DNA of 64,000 nt from the NCBI RefSeq assembly GCF_963676685.1, contig NC_092346.1:39432001-39496000 (forward strand). Reading direction: 5' to 3'. The DNA comes from Mytilus edulis (lineage: Eukaryota). Positions 25,137 through 38,900 of the stretch are shown here, in pieces (the first letter of the stretch is position 1; the number at the start of each line of letters is the position of its first letter). Below the pieces are notes generated by a model that was not told the DNA's origin, did no database searches, and saw only the letters and a list, made by a program, of their open reading frames with translations. Position numbers and translations under genes: made by a program.

Positions 25137-26416
25137 TTTAGAAGCATCGTTTGCATCAATATCGTGGCAAGCACCATGCAGTGGCTTTATTTGAAATGTG
25201 ACAAATACTTAACTCTTACATTTTGAACCTTCATTAATTGTTTTCTTTTAGTTTTTTTTATGATACAATTCAAATAAATTATTTTGCTCCTTATCTTACA
25301 AATTCAAATTCAAATTCAAATATATTTTATTGCTAATCAAAGCGCCCACAAGGAGCAGAACAATCAACATTAATTACATACAAATAAATGATTACAAGTG
25401 ATTCAATATGATTAAGACACAAGCACAGTGTTTAGTAATATAACTAGGTTAAAAAAGGGGGGTCACTGGGCATTACTATATCTATATATCATTTAAGGAA
25501 AATTTTCTGTATGAGGATAAATTTTCAAATAATTCTCCGAGTTTCTAGAGTATGAAAATATCTTTAGAGGACATTAGCCAAATAAATTGTGATTTAATAT
25601 CTAAACCACTAATCATTTTTTACATGACCAGATTCAAAACTACCCGACATCCTTACCATAATAATTTTAAGTTGCAAAACATAATACAAATCCCGAACAT
25701 CAACCTAGAAAATAAAATTTGTATAGCTAAACATTTTAAGTCAGGAGTTTTGCATTGTAATTGAAATCGGTTTGAATAATTTGGTAGAAATTAAAACTTG
25801 GTTTCCAGTATAATCGTATTAAAAGTTTGGTCAACAGTTCCCGTATTGTACCACTTAAAGCAGATATTCATATGCTACATTCTGATGCAAGCCTTACCCA
25901 TTCGTTACAAATTTTACTAGCATAGTTTTCCGATTGGTCTAATGCACTGAAGACGGTGCATGTTGTGTTACAGTTTGTGAAAACGATTTTAAATTACAAG
26001 TGAAAAAAAAATATAATTTTTCCATCGTTATCTAATTATTACATATTTCATTAACTCTATATATTTTTATTTGCCAAAAAAAAAAACTTGGTTTATAAAA
26101 TTTAGATACACCATCCTTTTAACGAATATAATGACTTCGCGCTCCAAGATCAGACAACTTTTGTGCAAACGAAGTAGTGATTAGTGAAAACATGAAATAC
26201 AAGTTTGATAGCCGATTTCATGATTTTGTGACATGAAAATTTTTTCAGTTTTCACATAAATTTCTTTGTGAAGATAAGTAAGGGTTGAATGATCCCATAT
26301 CAATTCCACCTGCCGAAAGTATGTTATCGAAGACATGAACTTTTGATACGAGTTCTCACCTGCGACCTTCAAATATTAAAATAATCCTAAAATTTCATTC
26401 ATAATTCACACCGAAT

Positions 26417-29110
26417 ATGGCGTGGACAACGGTGATATTGTCGACATTATTGGTCAGCCATGCATTCGCCATTAGTGGTAAGTTTATATTTTTGGAAGGA
26501 AATTTCATGCTGAACGTAAACAAAAGGGAAAACCCCAAAAGTCTTTAAACAAAATATTATTAAAAAAAGTTCATTGTTTCTATTAGATTTTTGTGACCAT
26601 TCCCTTACCTTTGAAATTAATTCAAATTTAATATGATTTCGCCTGTACATGACTTAAAAAAAAATCACATAGCTTCTTTGATTCACATCTATAAGTGAAG
26701 ATTCATCGTTATACATTTACATGAAGTCATAGTAGTATTTATTTGTTCAGTTCATTACTAAATAATGTTTTGCTATTCTAAATTTTAATTGTTCCAACTA
26801 ATTTAAGCCTTCCTTATTTCAATTAGAAATTTCGTTTTTTTTTTTTTTTATCAAAGTTTAGATCAAAATAGGCTCAAATGACAGATAAAAAACAGAAACG
26901 GACGGTTCGGATAAAAGAACATGGTTACGAAAATATGCCACAACATATTAAATCCATAATAATCGAATTAAAAAAATCGTAATAAAAAATTATTTATAAT
27001 GAGACTCAGTGAGATTACATGGTAAAAGCAGTTTGAAAATGCAAAAAACAAAACATATACGATATGTTGACGAATGACAAATGCGTTTTTAAACCGTTGG
27101 TTTTCCCGTTTGAATGGTTTTACACTAGTAATTTTGGGGCCCTTTATAGCTTTTTGTTCGGTTACAGCCAAGGCTCCGTCTTGAAGGCCGTACATGGACC
27201 TATAATGGTTTACTTTTATAAATTGTTAATTGGATGGATGGTTGTCTCATTGGCACTCACACCACATCTTCCCATATCTATTAAATAGCAAAATACAAAA
27301 AAATATAAAACATGTATAATACTAGACTAACTTTAACGATGGAAGTATTTTTTTTATTTTTATGCTTTAAATCATTATAATAGGTACGAAAAGACTTCCC
27401 GAAATCGCGTGATTTTTCGCTAGTTTATACAAGTTTTTTTTATTTTCACGGAAATTTGAATTAGAGTTAAAATGTCATGTCAGGTGGTAATCTTGCAAGT
27501 TCTAATTAAAGCTTTAAGTTTATGCCCTTCATTTTCATTGTGTACGTACTTTCAAAATGCCTAGACCTTACTAAAAAAACAACCTAGAAGGATACATTCT
27601 TTTTAACAGAAATGTTATCAATATTTTCATTTCTTTTCAGTGCGACAAGCAAACAGCACATCCGGGGGAACATCAGGTGGGGGTTCTGGAGGAGTGACTC
27701 AGACTGGTGGAGGTTCTGGTGGAGTGATACCAAGCAGTGGAGGTTCCGGTGGAGTTACCCAGAGCGGTGGAGGTTCCGGTGGAGTTACTCAGAGTGGAGG
27801 AAGTTCTGGTGGTACACCAGGAGGTTCCGGTGGTAGCTCCAGTGGATCAGCATCACAGAATATTCAACCTCCTCAGTTTTTGTTAAATCCATCACAGTTT
27901 CTTGGCGGCGGAAGTCAGCAAAGGTATTTAGATACCGAGATTTTCTTACCAAACACATGGGTCTGGCAATAGTGCATTTGATCAATAGAACATAATGACT
28001 TGCTATGTTGTCATATTTTCTCAAATAAAAATATAGTAGTCTAATATTTATGGTGCCACACGTGGAGCAGAATCTTCTTAACTTTCCGGAGCACAGGATA
28101 TCACCCCTACTATAAATGAGTTAGAATAACCCTTCGATGTCTTTCGACACTCAATTATAGAATTGAACGAACTGAATAAGAACTATCATTTATTATACTG
28201 TTGTATTTCAGTTCTAGCGGAGGAGGGTCTAACAGCAGTGGTAGTGGTTCCAGTAGTAGTTCTGGTGGCGGTAGCAGCAGTGGCGGTGCCCAAATTCCAA
28301 ATTTTGATCCAAACAAAGTCAACCAAATACAAGCCAGTTTTCTAGATCCATCAAAACTGCAGCTAGGATCAGGCGGAGGAGGGGGCAGTGGTTTTAACCC
28401 CGACCAGATCAACAGCATGTTATTTAATTTCCTGAACCCTAGTCAAATGACAGCAGGGAGGCGTATGTATTCCATCTTTATTTATGTTTTTGTAAATTTT
28501 AATCCAAAAAAATAACCCAATTACACATCTAATTCCTGATTCAATATTATACGATAGCTGTAATGCGCAATTTACTGTATTATTTAATTTTTATTAAACA
28601 GGTAGACGACAGACAAGTCAAAGTAGTTCCGGCGGAAGTAGTGGTGCTAGTTCCGGCGCAAGTAGTGGTGCTAGTTCCGGCGGAAGTAGCGGTGGAAGTT
28701 CAAGCAGTGGAAGTCAGCCACCAAACTTCGACCCTAATAAGGTAAACCAGATACAATCCAGTATGTTAGATCCTTCCAAGTCACAGCTGGGTTCTGGTGG
28801 CGGTGGCGGAGCTATGTTTAACCCAGACCAGTTCAACACAATGAAGTTTAATTTCTTTAACCCAAAAGCACAAACTAGTGGCGGAGGTGGTAGCAGCGGT
28901 AGCAGTAGTGGAGGAAGCCAGCCACCAAAATTCGACGCAAATAAAGTTAACCAATTACAAGCCAACATGTTGGACCCATCCTCATCAAAATTGGGTCAAA
29001 GTGGGGGAAGCGCCGGTGGATTTGATCCAGATCAATTCAACTCCAAAACATTCAACTTCTTTAATCCACAAAACCAATTAGGAAAGAGAGGTATTATGTC
29101 ATTTATATAA
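26417..29110 (+). CDS. G4: secreted ~367-aa precursor with Gly/Ser spacers and three ~54-aa FDPNKVNQ modules; G-RRRR-Q and G-KR processing sites
   Basis: Exon1 26417-26477 (MAWTTVILSTLLVSHAFAIS, G|gtaagt); exon2 27641-27923 (VRQANST..., phase 2 end); exon3 28212-28462; exon4 28602-29110 (...NQLGKRGIMSFI*, AATAAA at 29113). All junctions GT-AG and in frame. Confidence 0.88.
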
Positions 29111-29593
29111 TCAATAAAATTTCATAGAAAGGAAAATGTTTCGAACATGTAAGTTAAAATTACAAGTAAATACATAATCAGAAGGAAGAAATTCAAATTC
29201 TTTATTATAAATAGTGTGATGTGTTGCTATGCATTTCATTTCAATGCACTGCTGTCACCCAGATATATAAGAAAAGAACAGTACCTCAAATCTTTAAAAA
29301 AACAAAACATATTCAAAACATTGGCATCCAGAAATGCTCCTGGCATCCAGAAATGCTCCAAACATCGATGTTGTCTTTATTTTACATGTATTATATACTT
29401 ATGAGTTGAATTGTAATAGCTAGCCCGTTGTGCTTCTTTTTGTTTCATTTTGAATAGAAATTTAGGTCTCGATAAAAAATCGTTTTGTATTTTCTGTTCA
29501 ATTGATTCGTAACTTGTCTATACTCAAATGATTTTGAACCTGAGATATGATATGGATGCTTCCATCATTTAAAATATGAGGTTGGCATCAAGA

Positions 29594-29892
29594 TTTTTAT
29601 GCCCCACCTACGATAGTAGAGGGGCATTATGTTTTCTGGTCTGTGCGTCCGTCCGTCCGTCCGTCTGTCTGTTTGTCCGTCTGTCCCGCTCCAGGTTAAA
29701 GTTTTTGGTCAAGGTAGTTTTTGATGAAGTTGAAGTCCAATCGACTTCAAACTTAGTACACATGTTCCCTATGATATGATCTTTCTAATTTTAATGCCAA
29801 ATTAGAGTTTTTACCCCAATTTCACGGTCCACTGAACACGGAAAATGATAGTGCGAGTGGGGCATTCGTGTACTGAGGACACATTCTTGTTT
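29594..29892 (+). mobile_element. Short Helentron/HINE-like element
   Basis: TTTTTATGCCCC...GGGGCAT left end, (GTCC)n microsatellite, GGGGCATT plus short hairpin and CTTGTT right end. Confidence 0.7.
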
Positions 29893-30511
29893 CTATATGT
29901 ATCGCTAGGTTTTCTCTCGTTTACGTATACATGGTATATCGAATGTTTAATTGTATTCAGATTATATAGGAAAATGAACAAATTTACAGACATGGATCTA
30001 GTACTTTTGCAATCACACCTAATAATACTTTATACTTCTCTATGATATGTAACTAACTTATTATCAGAATGCTCAAATTGAAAGATTTATCATTTGGAGA
30101 ACGTTTACTCATTTCACAATTTTCTTGTCGGAAATCTGTTTCAGAATTTACAAAAAAGGTAGAAGATTTAAGAACGTAGATGGTGTATAGCCCTTTTCGC
30201 GCGCATTTCACCGCCTGTTTTCAAATTTGATGTACCCATTGACATGTCTTCGTTACCAAACAAATAAAAGTGTAAAATAAAAATTCGTTAATTATCCGAT
30301 TAAAAATTTCAAAACAAATTTTAACCTATGTGGTTGGTCCTTATTGACTTGCTCGTATAATTTATATACTAATGCTTAAATCTATGTTTATAATCTTTAT
30401 ATTAAGTACTTAATTTTTTTAGTCCTTTATAGGATTGTAACTTTTACTTTCTGTCTTTAATAGGGTTATAATATTTACAAGTGTAAGTACTTTAAAAGGT
30501 CAATGAAACAA

Positions 30512-30800
30512 GGTTTTGCACGTGTTGGTAAAAGTTATTTGTGCGTGCATTAATGGAAGCAGGCGTGCACATGTTGGGAATAAGTAATTTGAACATAATG
30601 GCTAAGGGATAACTTATATGCACGTGTTGGTAATTATTGATTGATTTATTGTTGTGTAAGTCCAGCAGCAAATATTTCGTGCATCATTATGGACAACGTA
30701 TTGGTAATGAGTGATTATATGCGCAAAGGATAACTCATATGCAAATGTTGGTAAAGGGTAGCTTATTTGCACGTGATGGTGAAGGGTTATTTGTAGTGGC
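30512..30800. repeat. Degenerate ~29-bp minisatellite (TTATTTGCACGTGTTGGTAAAGGG-like)
   Basis: Recurrent TGCACGTGTTGGTAA / TGCAAATGTTGGTAA / TGCACGTGATGGTGA units. Confidence 0.5.
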
Positions 30801-32200
30801 ATACATTTTTGATGGTTGAACTTCAAATCATGTTTATTTTTATTTTTTTTAAATTGTGGTGCTAAATCTATGGCTGCAACTTCCTAAGGGGTTGGCGAAC
30901 TTCTATAGTTTTAAGTGTTAACACCGAAACATGTGTTACCTAGTCTACTGAAAGGCTATTTTGCTTTGAAGTCAAGAATGAACTTTGAAAAATGGCTGCT
31001 TTTGCATTGTATTGATATTGTATGATACTTATTTAAGTGCACGCGACACTTGTTTCTGTTTTGAAAAAATAAATATGCATAAGAAGTTTGAAAGCATCAA
31101 AACCAGGAATGCTGTAACACACGTGTCAACACTGTTTAAGGTCAATTGACTTTGGTTTGTACTTCAGTGGCTTGAAGTAGATTATCCGTACTCTATAAAT
31201 CTAAACGAGACGCTTAAGTACATGAAAAGTTAAAGCTAGCAGATGCGCAGTATACGTCAATGAAACAACAAACAAACACCACAATAACGAAAACAATATA
31301 CGTAACATACATTCTGACACAAGTAAGACTTTAATACCTTTCATAAGAACAGCGGTTTTTTTTAATTCGACAATAGGCGTTTCGATTCAACAACATTTAA
31401 TTTAGAGAGGTGTGGCCAATGTTTGCTTCACTAAGAAGCTCGAAATCTGGAAGATGATGGAGCCTAGAAGAATACAAAAAAGAAAAGAATATATGATGCA
31501 ATTTTAAAACGATTTTGCATTACTTCGGCTGTTTTCTGCTCTTTGGTCGGGTTTGTTGACTCTTTGACACATTCCCCTTTTCCATTCTCAATTTAAGTAG
31601 GATAAAAAGTCAAATGAGAAAAAAATCATTTTTGATCCCAACAGCTGTGATGTGCAGTCGTGGTTACTATTTAACTGTTGAAATTTTAAAACCTTGTACA
31701 ATCCTGAACCTGAAATAAGTGTTTTAATTACTAGTATTACTGCAATATTACTAAGTTGCTAACTACTTTTTATTTTTTTCAAGGTATTGATAAGTTTATA
31801 CCGGGGTCGCAATTTTCAATTTTTCAATTAAAATCAATGTTCTTTCGTCATAAATTTTACTGTGACAATTTGTATAACACCCCCGCCACAAAAATACCAA
31901 AACAAACAAACTCTAGCAATTTAAAAGAAAACAAAATTCACAGATAAGCAAATATCTCAACGCCCTTAAAAAATACTAATAAAACTTGCACTCACAACAA
32001 TTAAGAATATAACTGAGTTTTTCAGATGTGAAGATTTTCATAAAGGCAACAGACGTCATGTGGTGGCAATGACTCATTCTGGTTCTCTTAACCAAGCGAG
32101 CTTAAACCTTTTCTTAAGCTTCAAACCACAGTGTACATGCGTTTTTGTTCAGTATCACTATCACGGCCCTCACGGTACAATCATATTTCAAAGTTATTTA

Positions 32201-32502
32201 GGGAGCTACCATTTGATTTTTATGGGGGGGGGGGGGGGGGGGGGCTAGGATGAAAAATTTTGTCCTGCATTTTTTTGTAGCTGTAATCTCTGTCCTGCCT
32301 TTTTATTTTTCACTCTGTTCGGTCCTGCCTTTTTTTTTTAATTTATCCAGACTTTTTGTTACCTACATTGTCGTCCTGACTTTTTTTTTGCAAGTGTCTC
32401 ATCCTGCCTTTTGTTTTTACTCAAAACTCCTGTCCTGCCTATTTTTTCAAATTTCATCCTAGCCCCCCCCCCCCCCCCCCTAAAAATCAAATGGTAGCTC
32501 CC
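32201..32502. mobile_element. Complete Harbinger/PIF-like MITE
   Basis: Long TIR GGGAGCTACCATTTGATTTT...GGGG-CTAGGATGAAA and its reverse complement; 3-bp TTA TSD on both sides; internal GTCCTGCC repeats. Confidence 0.85.
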
Positions 32503-34812
32503 TTAAAAACTTGACATTTTCCATCATTCCCCTAAAGCTAATATTTATTAAATCGTTATTTTTATTGAATCAAGTTAAACCTGGAATATGCAGAAAGTTT
32601 GACAGGATTATCGATATAGATTTAAACAAAAAAATCGACATTGATACCAATCGGTGCATAGAAATAAATGGTTCATCCCCTATAACTTGCAATAGATAAC
32701 AAAACGAGTGCATGGTAAACTAATTTCAATATTCTCTTTTATTTACTTACAGATGCAGTTAACTATGCTACAGAAACCAAAAAAGAGCTATCATATGATA
32801 TTAAACATAATTCAGGAATCATAAAATGTATTTTGTACAGAAATTTGTTTTTAATAAACACAAATCCTAATAATTTGTTTTGTCTTAGATGTGTCAATAT
32901 TTCTTTTATGGTTTACATGATATTTTTTTTAATGATATTCTTCTTTTAATCTAGATACTGCGTCATTATGTTAAGAGTTTGCTATCTCTCATGAGCGGCG
33001 ATGGTCATGGTCTCGATCCTTTGTAAATTATGATTGTAATTCTTCTTTTTGTCTTTATGCTGTTGTTAAAATAATGGAACATTTTCATCTTCTTAAATTT
33101 TGATCATATATGTAAAAAAAAAATGTTTTTTTTTTTTACTGAGACCATATTATATAGTCATCATAGATACAAGGATTTGTAGGCCAGAAGCGCGTTTCGT
33201 CTACAAAAGACTCATGTTACGCTTTCAAGAGTGAGAAAAAAAAGTTTAAAAAGCCAAATTAAGAACGAAGTTGAAGAGCATTTAGGGCAAAAGTTCCAAA
33301 AGGTTTTGTCAAATACATTTAAAGTAATCTATACCTGCCTTAGGATATGGAAGATTCAAAGTGTTATAAACAGGTTAATTCATGTCAACACAGACTATAG
33401 TAGGTTGGTTACCGTGATACACTGGGAGATTACATCCCAGCTCCTTTGTTCTAACAGGGGTGATCTGAGCCGGATCACCCCTTCCAGATCACCCCAGTTT
33501 AAGTGTCTTTGTTATGCATGCTTTCCTTTGTTCTGAAACATTTTGGCGGGAAGGACACATCCACTGTAAAAGTTATAATTAATTATACGGAAAAGACTAT
33601 GCATCAAAATTCACGTAGAAAAAATCCAGTGTATATGCCGGCCATCGGGGTGATCTTACACTGACACACCGCGCCATCGTGGGATAACTATTAAAGAAAC
33701 TTCCACTAGCAGTGACATTGACGATGGAAACACTCATCATAGATATTTGACAGTAATAAAATTTTGAACGTCAGGCGCATATATTGTTAAGATAGCTATC
33801 GTAAAATTTTCCTTCATATATAGTTACGGTCTCGCTCAACCTTCTAATATGCTATGTGCATTTTATTCTGCTAAACCCTATCATTGGGTGATTCATCATT
33901 TGTGTAAAGGCGCAATTCATCGGTGATCCTTAACAAAATTCAATTTGCGAGTGTCAAAGCAAAACCAAATAAATGACCAATGGTAAGGCTCATAAAGTTG
34001 CTGCTGCTATTTAATATAAGATTATCTAGATACTGTATAAATTACTTATTGTAATCACTCGGGGTATGTCGTCTGTGTGTGTCTTCTAAAAAGCCTAAAA
34101 CGAATTGGTCAATTGTAATTTATTTGGACCTAGATAAGATAAGAAATAGCTAAATGTGAAAACAATAAAGAATATTAACTAGATCTACTGTTACTGGCGA
34201 AAACATACTCAGAGAGATTATTTTAGAATTTTTTTCAGTTCAATATAGAAAAGATTAATACATGTTTAGAACTGTTTTCAGGTTTAAATGGTCATCTTTA
34301 GTTTAAACATATATTTATAGTGGATTGGTAAACAAATTATTGCATCTTATATTAATCCCTTTCCACTTTGCGGGTGCGAGTGCTGCCTTGTAGCGGCATG
34401 AGCCTGCAAACACGAAGAATATGGAATTTATAAGCTTAATTACACTCCATTTCAGAAATTGTATCGTAAAATATCATAAGAACTAAACAAAGGCGACAGA
34501 ACAATCAAAATTCACAAAATGGAAACCCGACAATACCATGGCATGAAAACGAAAAAAAATAATTAAAAAATCGAGAGAAGACAATAGGTGCAATAAGCAT
34601 TTCACATAACACTACACTGAGTTACACGAGCCTCCCTGAAACAAGGAATAATTCTTATGTGTTATTGAACATTAGGCAACTAACAATAAATCAGAAACTC
34701 ATCAACAATAAAAATTGATTCAAAGGAATAACCCCAACACCATACATCAAATCTAGCTGTGATGCCAGCTAACTCCTGGGAGACATAAACATGAGTGAGA
34801 ATTTAAATAAAT

Positions 34813-35688
34813 AAACAGCTGCGCCATGAGCGCATGATACGCCAGTCGTCTTGTGTGGAAGTTTTATGCAATAATCATAAATAGTTTCTGAGAAAGTTTT
34901 AAGCAATAACCATTTATTGTTTCTGAGACACGGCGGGACATGTGAAACCCCCCACCCTGTTTTTTTTTTACAAATATCACTAAAATAAAATTTTGAATCA
35001 AACCAAAAAGTATATAGATCTTTAGATTAATATAACAAAGAAGTGTGTACAGTTTCAAGCAATAATCATAAATTGTTTTTGAGATACGGCGCGACATGTA
35101 AAAAAAAAAACCTCCCCTTTTTTACAAAATACTCAATAACTCAAAAATGAAATTTTGAATCATCACCAAAAAGTATGCAGATTTTTATATTAATATAACA
35201 AAAAAGTGTGTAAAGTTTTAAGCAATAATCATAAATCGTTTTTGAGATACGGCGCGACATGTAAAAAACCCCTCCCCCCCTTTTTTTTTTTACAAAATAC
35301 TCAATAACTCAAAAATGGAATTTTGAATCATCACCAAAAAGTATACAGATATTGAGATAAATATAACTAAGAAGTGTGTAAAGTTTTAAGAAAATTTTTA
35401 AGCAATAATCAAGAATCGTTTTTGAGATACGGTGCGACATGTGAAAAAAACACACCCCTGATTTAGTTACAAAGTGCCGTACCTCAAAAAGTTTAAATCT
35501 TATTTTCACCAAAAAGTATACATAACATTTGACATCATAAAAAAACAACTATATTAAGTTTCATGAAATTTAGATAAGTCGTTCTCAAGTTACGGTGCGA
35601 CATGTTTACGCCGGACAGACGGACGGACGGACACCGGACATTTGTATACCATAATACGTCCCGTCAAAATTTTGACGGGCGTATAAAA
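34813..35688 (-). mobile_element. Helentron/HINE-like element with ~160-bp internal tandem repeats
   Basis: Terminus ATACGTCCCGTC-AAAATTTT-GACGGGCGTATAAAAA is the reverse complement of the 15065 element terminus; (GGAC)n microsatellite; repeated AAGCAATAATCATAAATCGTTTTTGAGATACGG units. Confidence 0.75.
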
Positions 35689-35917
35689 ACAAAACAAAAC
35701 AAAGGATATATAGAGTATCAATCTATGAGAAAACAATAGCACTTTCACAACAAAAAAACACACAATAAGCAAAGGGATATAGCTTTTATTGCTGTTTTAT
35801 CTCATCAAGAGCGGAATTCGTTACAAAATAACTCCGGTAAATTTTGTAAGAACAAGTAACACAACAAAATCTTTTATTTTTGAAAGAAGCGTTTAAGTAT
35901 AAAATATGAACTGCAAT

Positions 35918-38900
35918 ATGTACACACCGAAGCCAGTGTGTTGGTGGTATGTTGTAATGGTATCATTGATTTTATTACTCAGAAATGGTATGTTGAAAAT
36001 GGGGAAATTATGACCACTTCGTATGCAATATACCTTAGTTTTGAGTAGAAATTAATGATCATTGGGTACTTTTAGTATTTCTAATTCTGAGTTTAATATA
36101 CTGATTGAAAGACACGTTTGATATACCAGTAAATAAAATTGAGGTGTTTTAATAGTGTTTTTGTATGTAATATTATCATTCAAAAAACATTACAGATGTT
36201 TTGATATATTGCGTTTCAAACGCTTTAAAAAACTTCTAAACTAACATGTATGCTGAATATTAGAAAAGTAAGAAAAACGATATAACAGTCAGAAACAACC
36301 ATTATAAGCACAGATCACAAGCTTATTTTGCTAGAGGAGTCTAAAAACTTGTTTTATTGTTTTAATATTATCAAACCATACAGAAGTCGGTTCATGATGG
36401 CTATTACTGTACAGTCACGCAGTGAAGTACGATTGAAATATTACATTAATATTTTTGTTTTCAATTGTCATACAGGAATGATTGCGATTTGTGTGAACTT
36501 ACGTTAAAATTAGACCATTCATAATAATAGGATATAGTTTAGTAACGATCAAGGTCAACTAGATCACTATCCTTATCTTATACTGATAAAATAATTCTAT
36601 TTACCCTTATTTAGGACTAAATATATTTATCATGGCATCGTTAAATACAATATTTACATTTTTGTGTATGGTCAGTTTGACCAAAACCCGAAATGGTGAG
36701 TCTGAATTTGTCACCTTCAACAATTTCGCGATGAAATTCTAGACAAAAATCTTATTTTACGTATTTATAATTTATGTAAATTGGTTATTGAGAAAACAAG
36801 TGTCACGGATGATATACCAAGGCAAACCACTGTTCAACTCCCAAACACTCTTTAATATGCATAATCAAATCTCTAAATGGTGGGCTTTGATTACGTGAGC
36901 AAAATGCATATCAATCTAATATTTATAACCTTTCAGATCACGTTTTAAATAAATATAGTCAATATTTATATTTTTTTTATGAAAAAGAGAAGGGAGATAT
37001 CAAACAATTGCAATCTATACCATAAGTCCACCTAACACAATACATAAAACTAAACACCTAAAAAATTCTATTAAAGCACGAAGAATAGGAGGATAATACT
37101 AAGGGAACATTCATAAGATGGAAATAAACAAACCGACAATGCCATGGCAATACATGAAGAAAAAACGACGAATATCCGACAAATCAACAAATAGAAATAG
37201 ACATAAAAACAAAGATGTGGTATGATTGCCAATGAGACAACTCTCCACAAGAAACCAAAAATGACACAGAAATTAACAACCATAGGTCACCGTACGGCCT
37301 TCAACAATGAGCAAAGCTCATACCGCATAGGCAGCTATAAAAGGCCCCGAAATGACAATGTTAAACAATCCGAGAAAACTAACGGCCTTATTTATGTAAA
37401 GTCTACGCAACACGAACTCACTAAAATGAACTCAGAACATAGATGTCCCGGAACGTATGCGAAACTTTAATAATCAAGAATGCTTAAGTTGCATCTCGTA
37501 ATGTCAAATCAACACAAAAGCTCCTAGGTTAAATATATTTTATATTTTATATCTAAATTTACTTATTTCTAGATAGTATTTATTCAATGTTGCTGGATCA
37601 TCTTATATTATTTTTCAATACAATTTTTACAGTCCGACAAAGTTTTAATCCTAATTCAATGATGGGAAGTTTTCTTGGTGGATCATCGTCCTCGTCTTCT
37701 TTGTATGGAAGCTTCAACCCTAATAAAATGATGTCACAATATACAGGCGGGGGTTCTAGTGGAAGCATGTTTAACCCTAATGCCGCGATTGGAGGAGGTC
37801 AACAGCCACAGCAACCTGCAAACAGTGGTCAAAGTTCACAGCAGAGTCAGTCATCCCAATCTACAAATAGTCCTCCACAATCAGGAGGAAGTCAGTCATC
37901 TGGAACTGGAACGTTTGACCCGAATGCTCAGATGTCATCGGGTAGTTCCGGTGGCACCTCTGGTGGAAGTCAATTTGGAGGCATGTCTAAGTCATCAGGG
38001 GGATCCGGTGGCACCTCTAGTGGAAGTCAATTTGGAGGCATGTCTCAGTCATCAGGAGGATCCGGTGGCACCTCTAGTGGAAGTCAATTTGGAGGTATGT
38101 CTCAGTCATCAGGTGGCTCTAGCGGAAGTATGTTTAATCCGAATGCCATGATAGGTGGTCAGCAACAACCAATGAACAGTGGGCAAAAATCACAACAGAG
38201 TCAATCTTCCCAGTCGACAAATAGTCCTGCACAATCAAGTCAGTCATTTGGAACTGGTATGTTTAACCCAAATGCGCAGATGTCATCGGGTGGATCTGGC
38301 GGAACTTCTGGTGGCGGTGGAATGTCGTTCAATCCGAATCAGATGACGTCTGGTGGTTCACAACAAATGAGTGGAGGCGGTGGTGGTGGTGGTGGTAGTA
38401 GCAGTTCAAACACAAATCCAAAGTACGACCCGAACAATGCTGTAAATACTGGTGCCAAGTATGACCCTAATGCTGCAAACAGTGGAATGAGTGGTTCTTC
38501 TGGTGGAGCAAAACCATCTTTTGCCAACGGAATGGGGTTTAATGCAAAACAACAAACGCCTGGTGGGCAACAGACTACGATTCAACCAAGCCAAAAATCC
38601 GGATCACAATCCGCGTCTAGTTTTGGTCAAGCATCTGGTCAGCAACAACAATCGGCAGCATCAAGCTTTGGACAAGCTTCAGGTCAACCATCACAGTCTT
38701 CAGCATCAAGTTTTGGTCAAGCTTCGGGTCAACAGTCGGGTTCTGGAAGTCAACAGCCTCAATCTGGCTCCGGTAGTCAACAGCCTCAACCTGGCTCCGG
38801 TAGTCAGCAGCCTCAATCAAATTGTGGACAGCAAGGCTCTTTTGATCCAGTAGCAGCCAATACAGGAGGAACTTCTGGTTTTAATCCTCTTAACCCACTT

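Noticed and set aside
31784-32950. Possible extra G4 exons (GIDKFIPG.. at 31784; DAVNYATET.. at 32753) via a donor at 29090
   Set aside because: Read-through to the stop at 29110 with an immediate AATAAA is simpler, and the downstream candidates lack a convincing donor or stop. Not excluded without transcripts.
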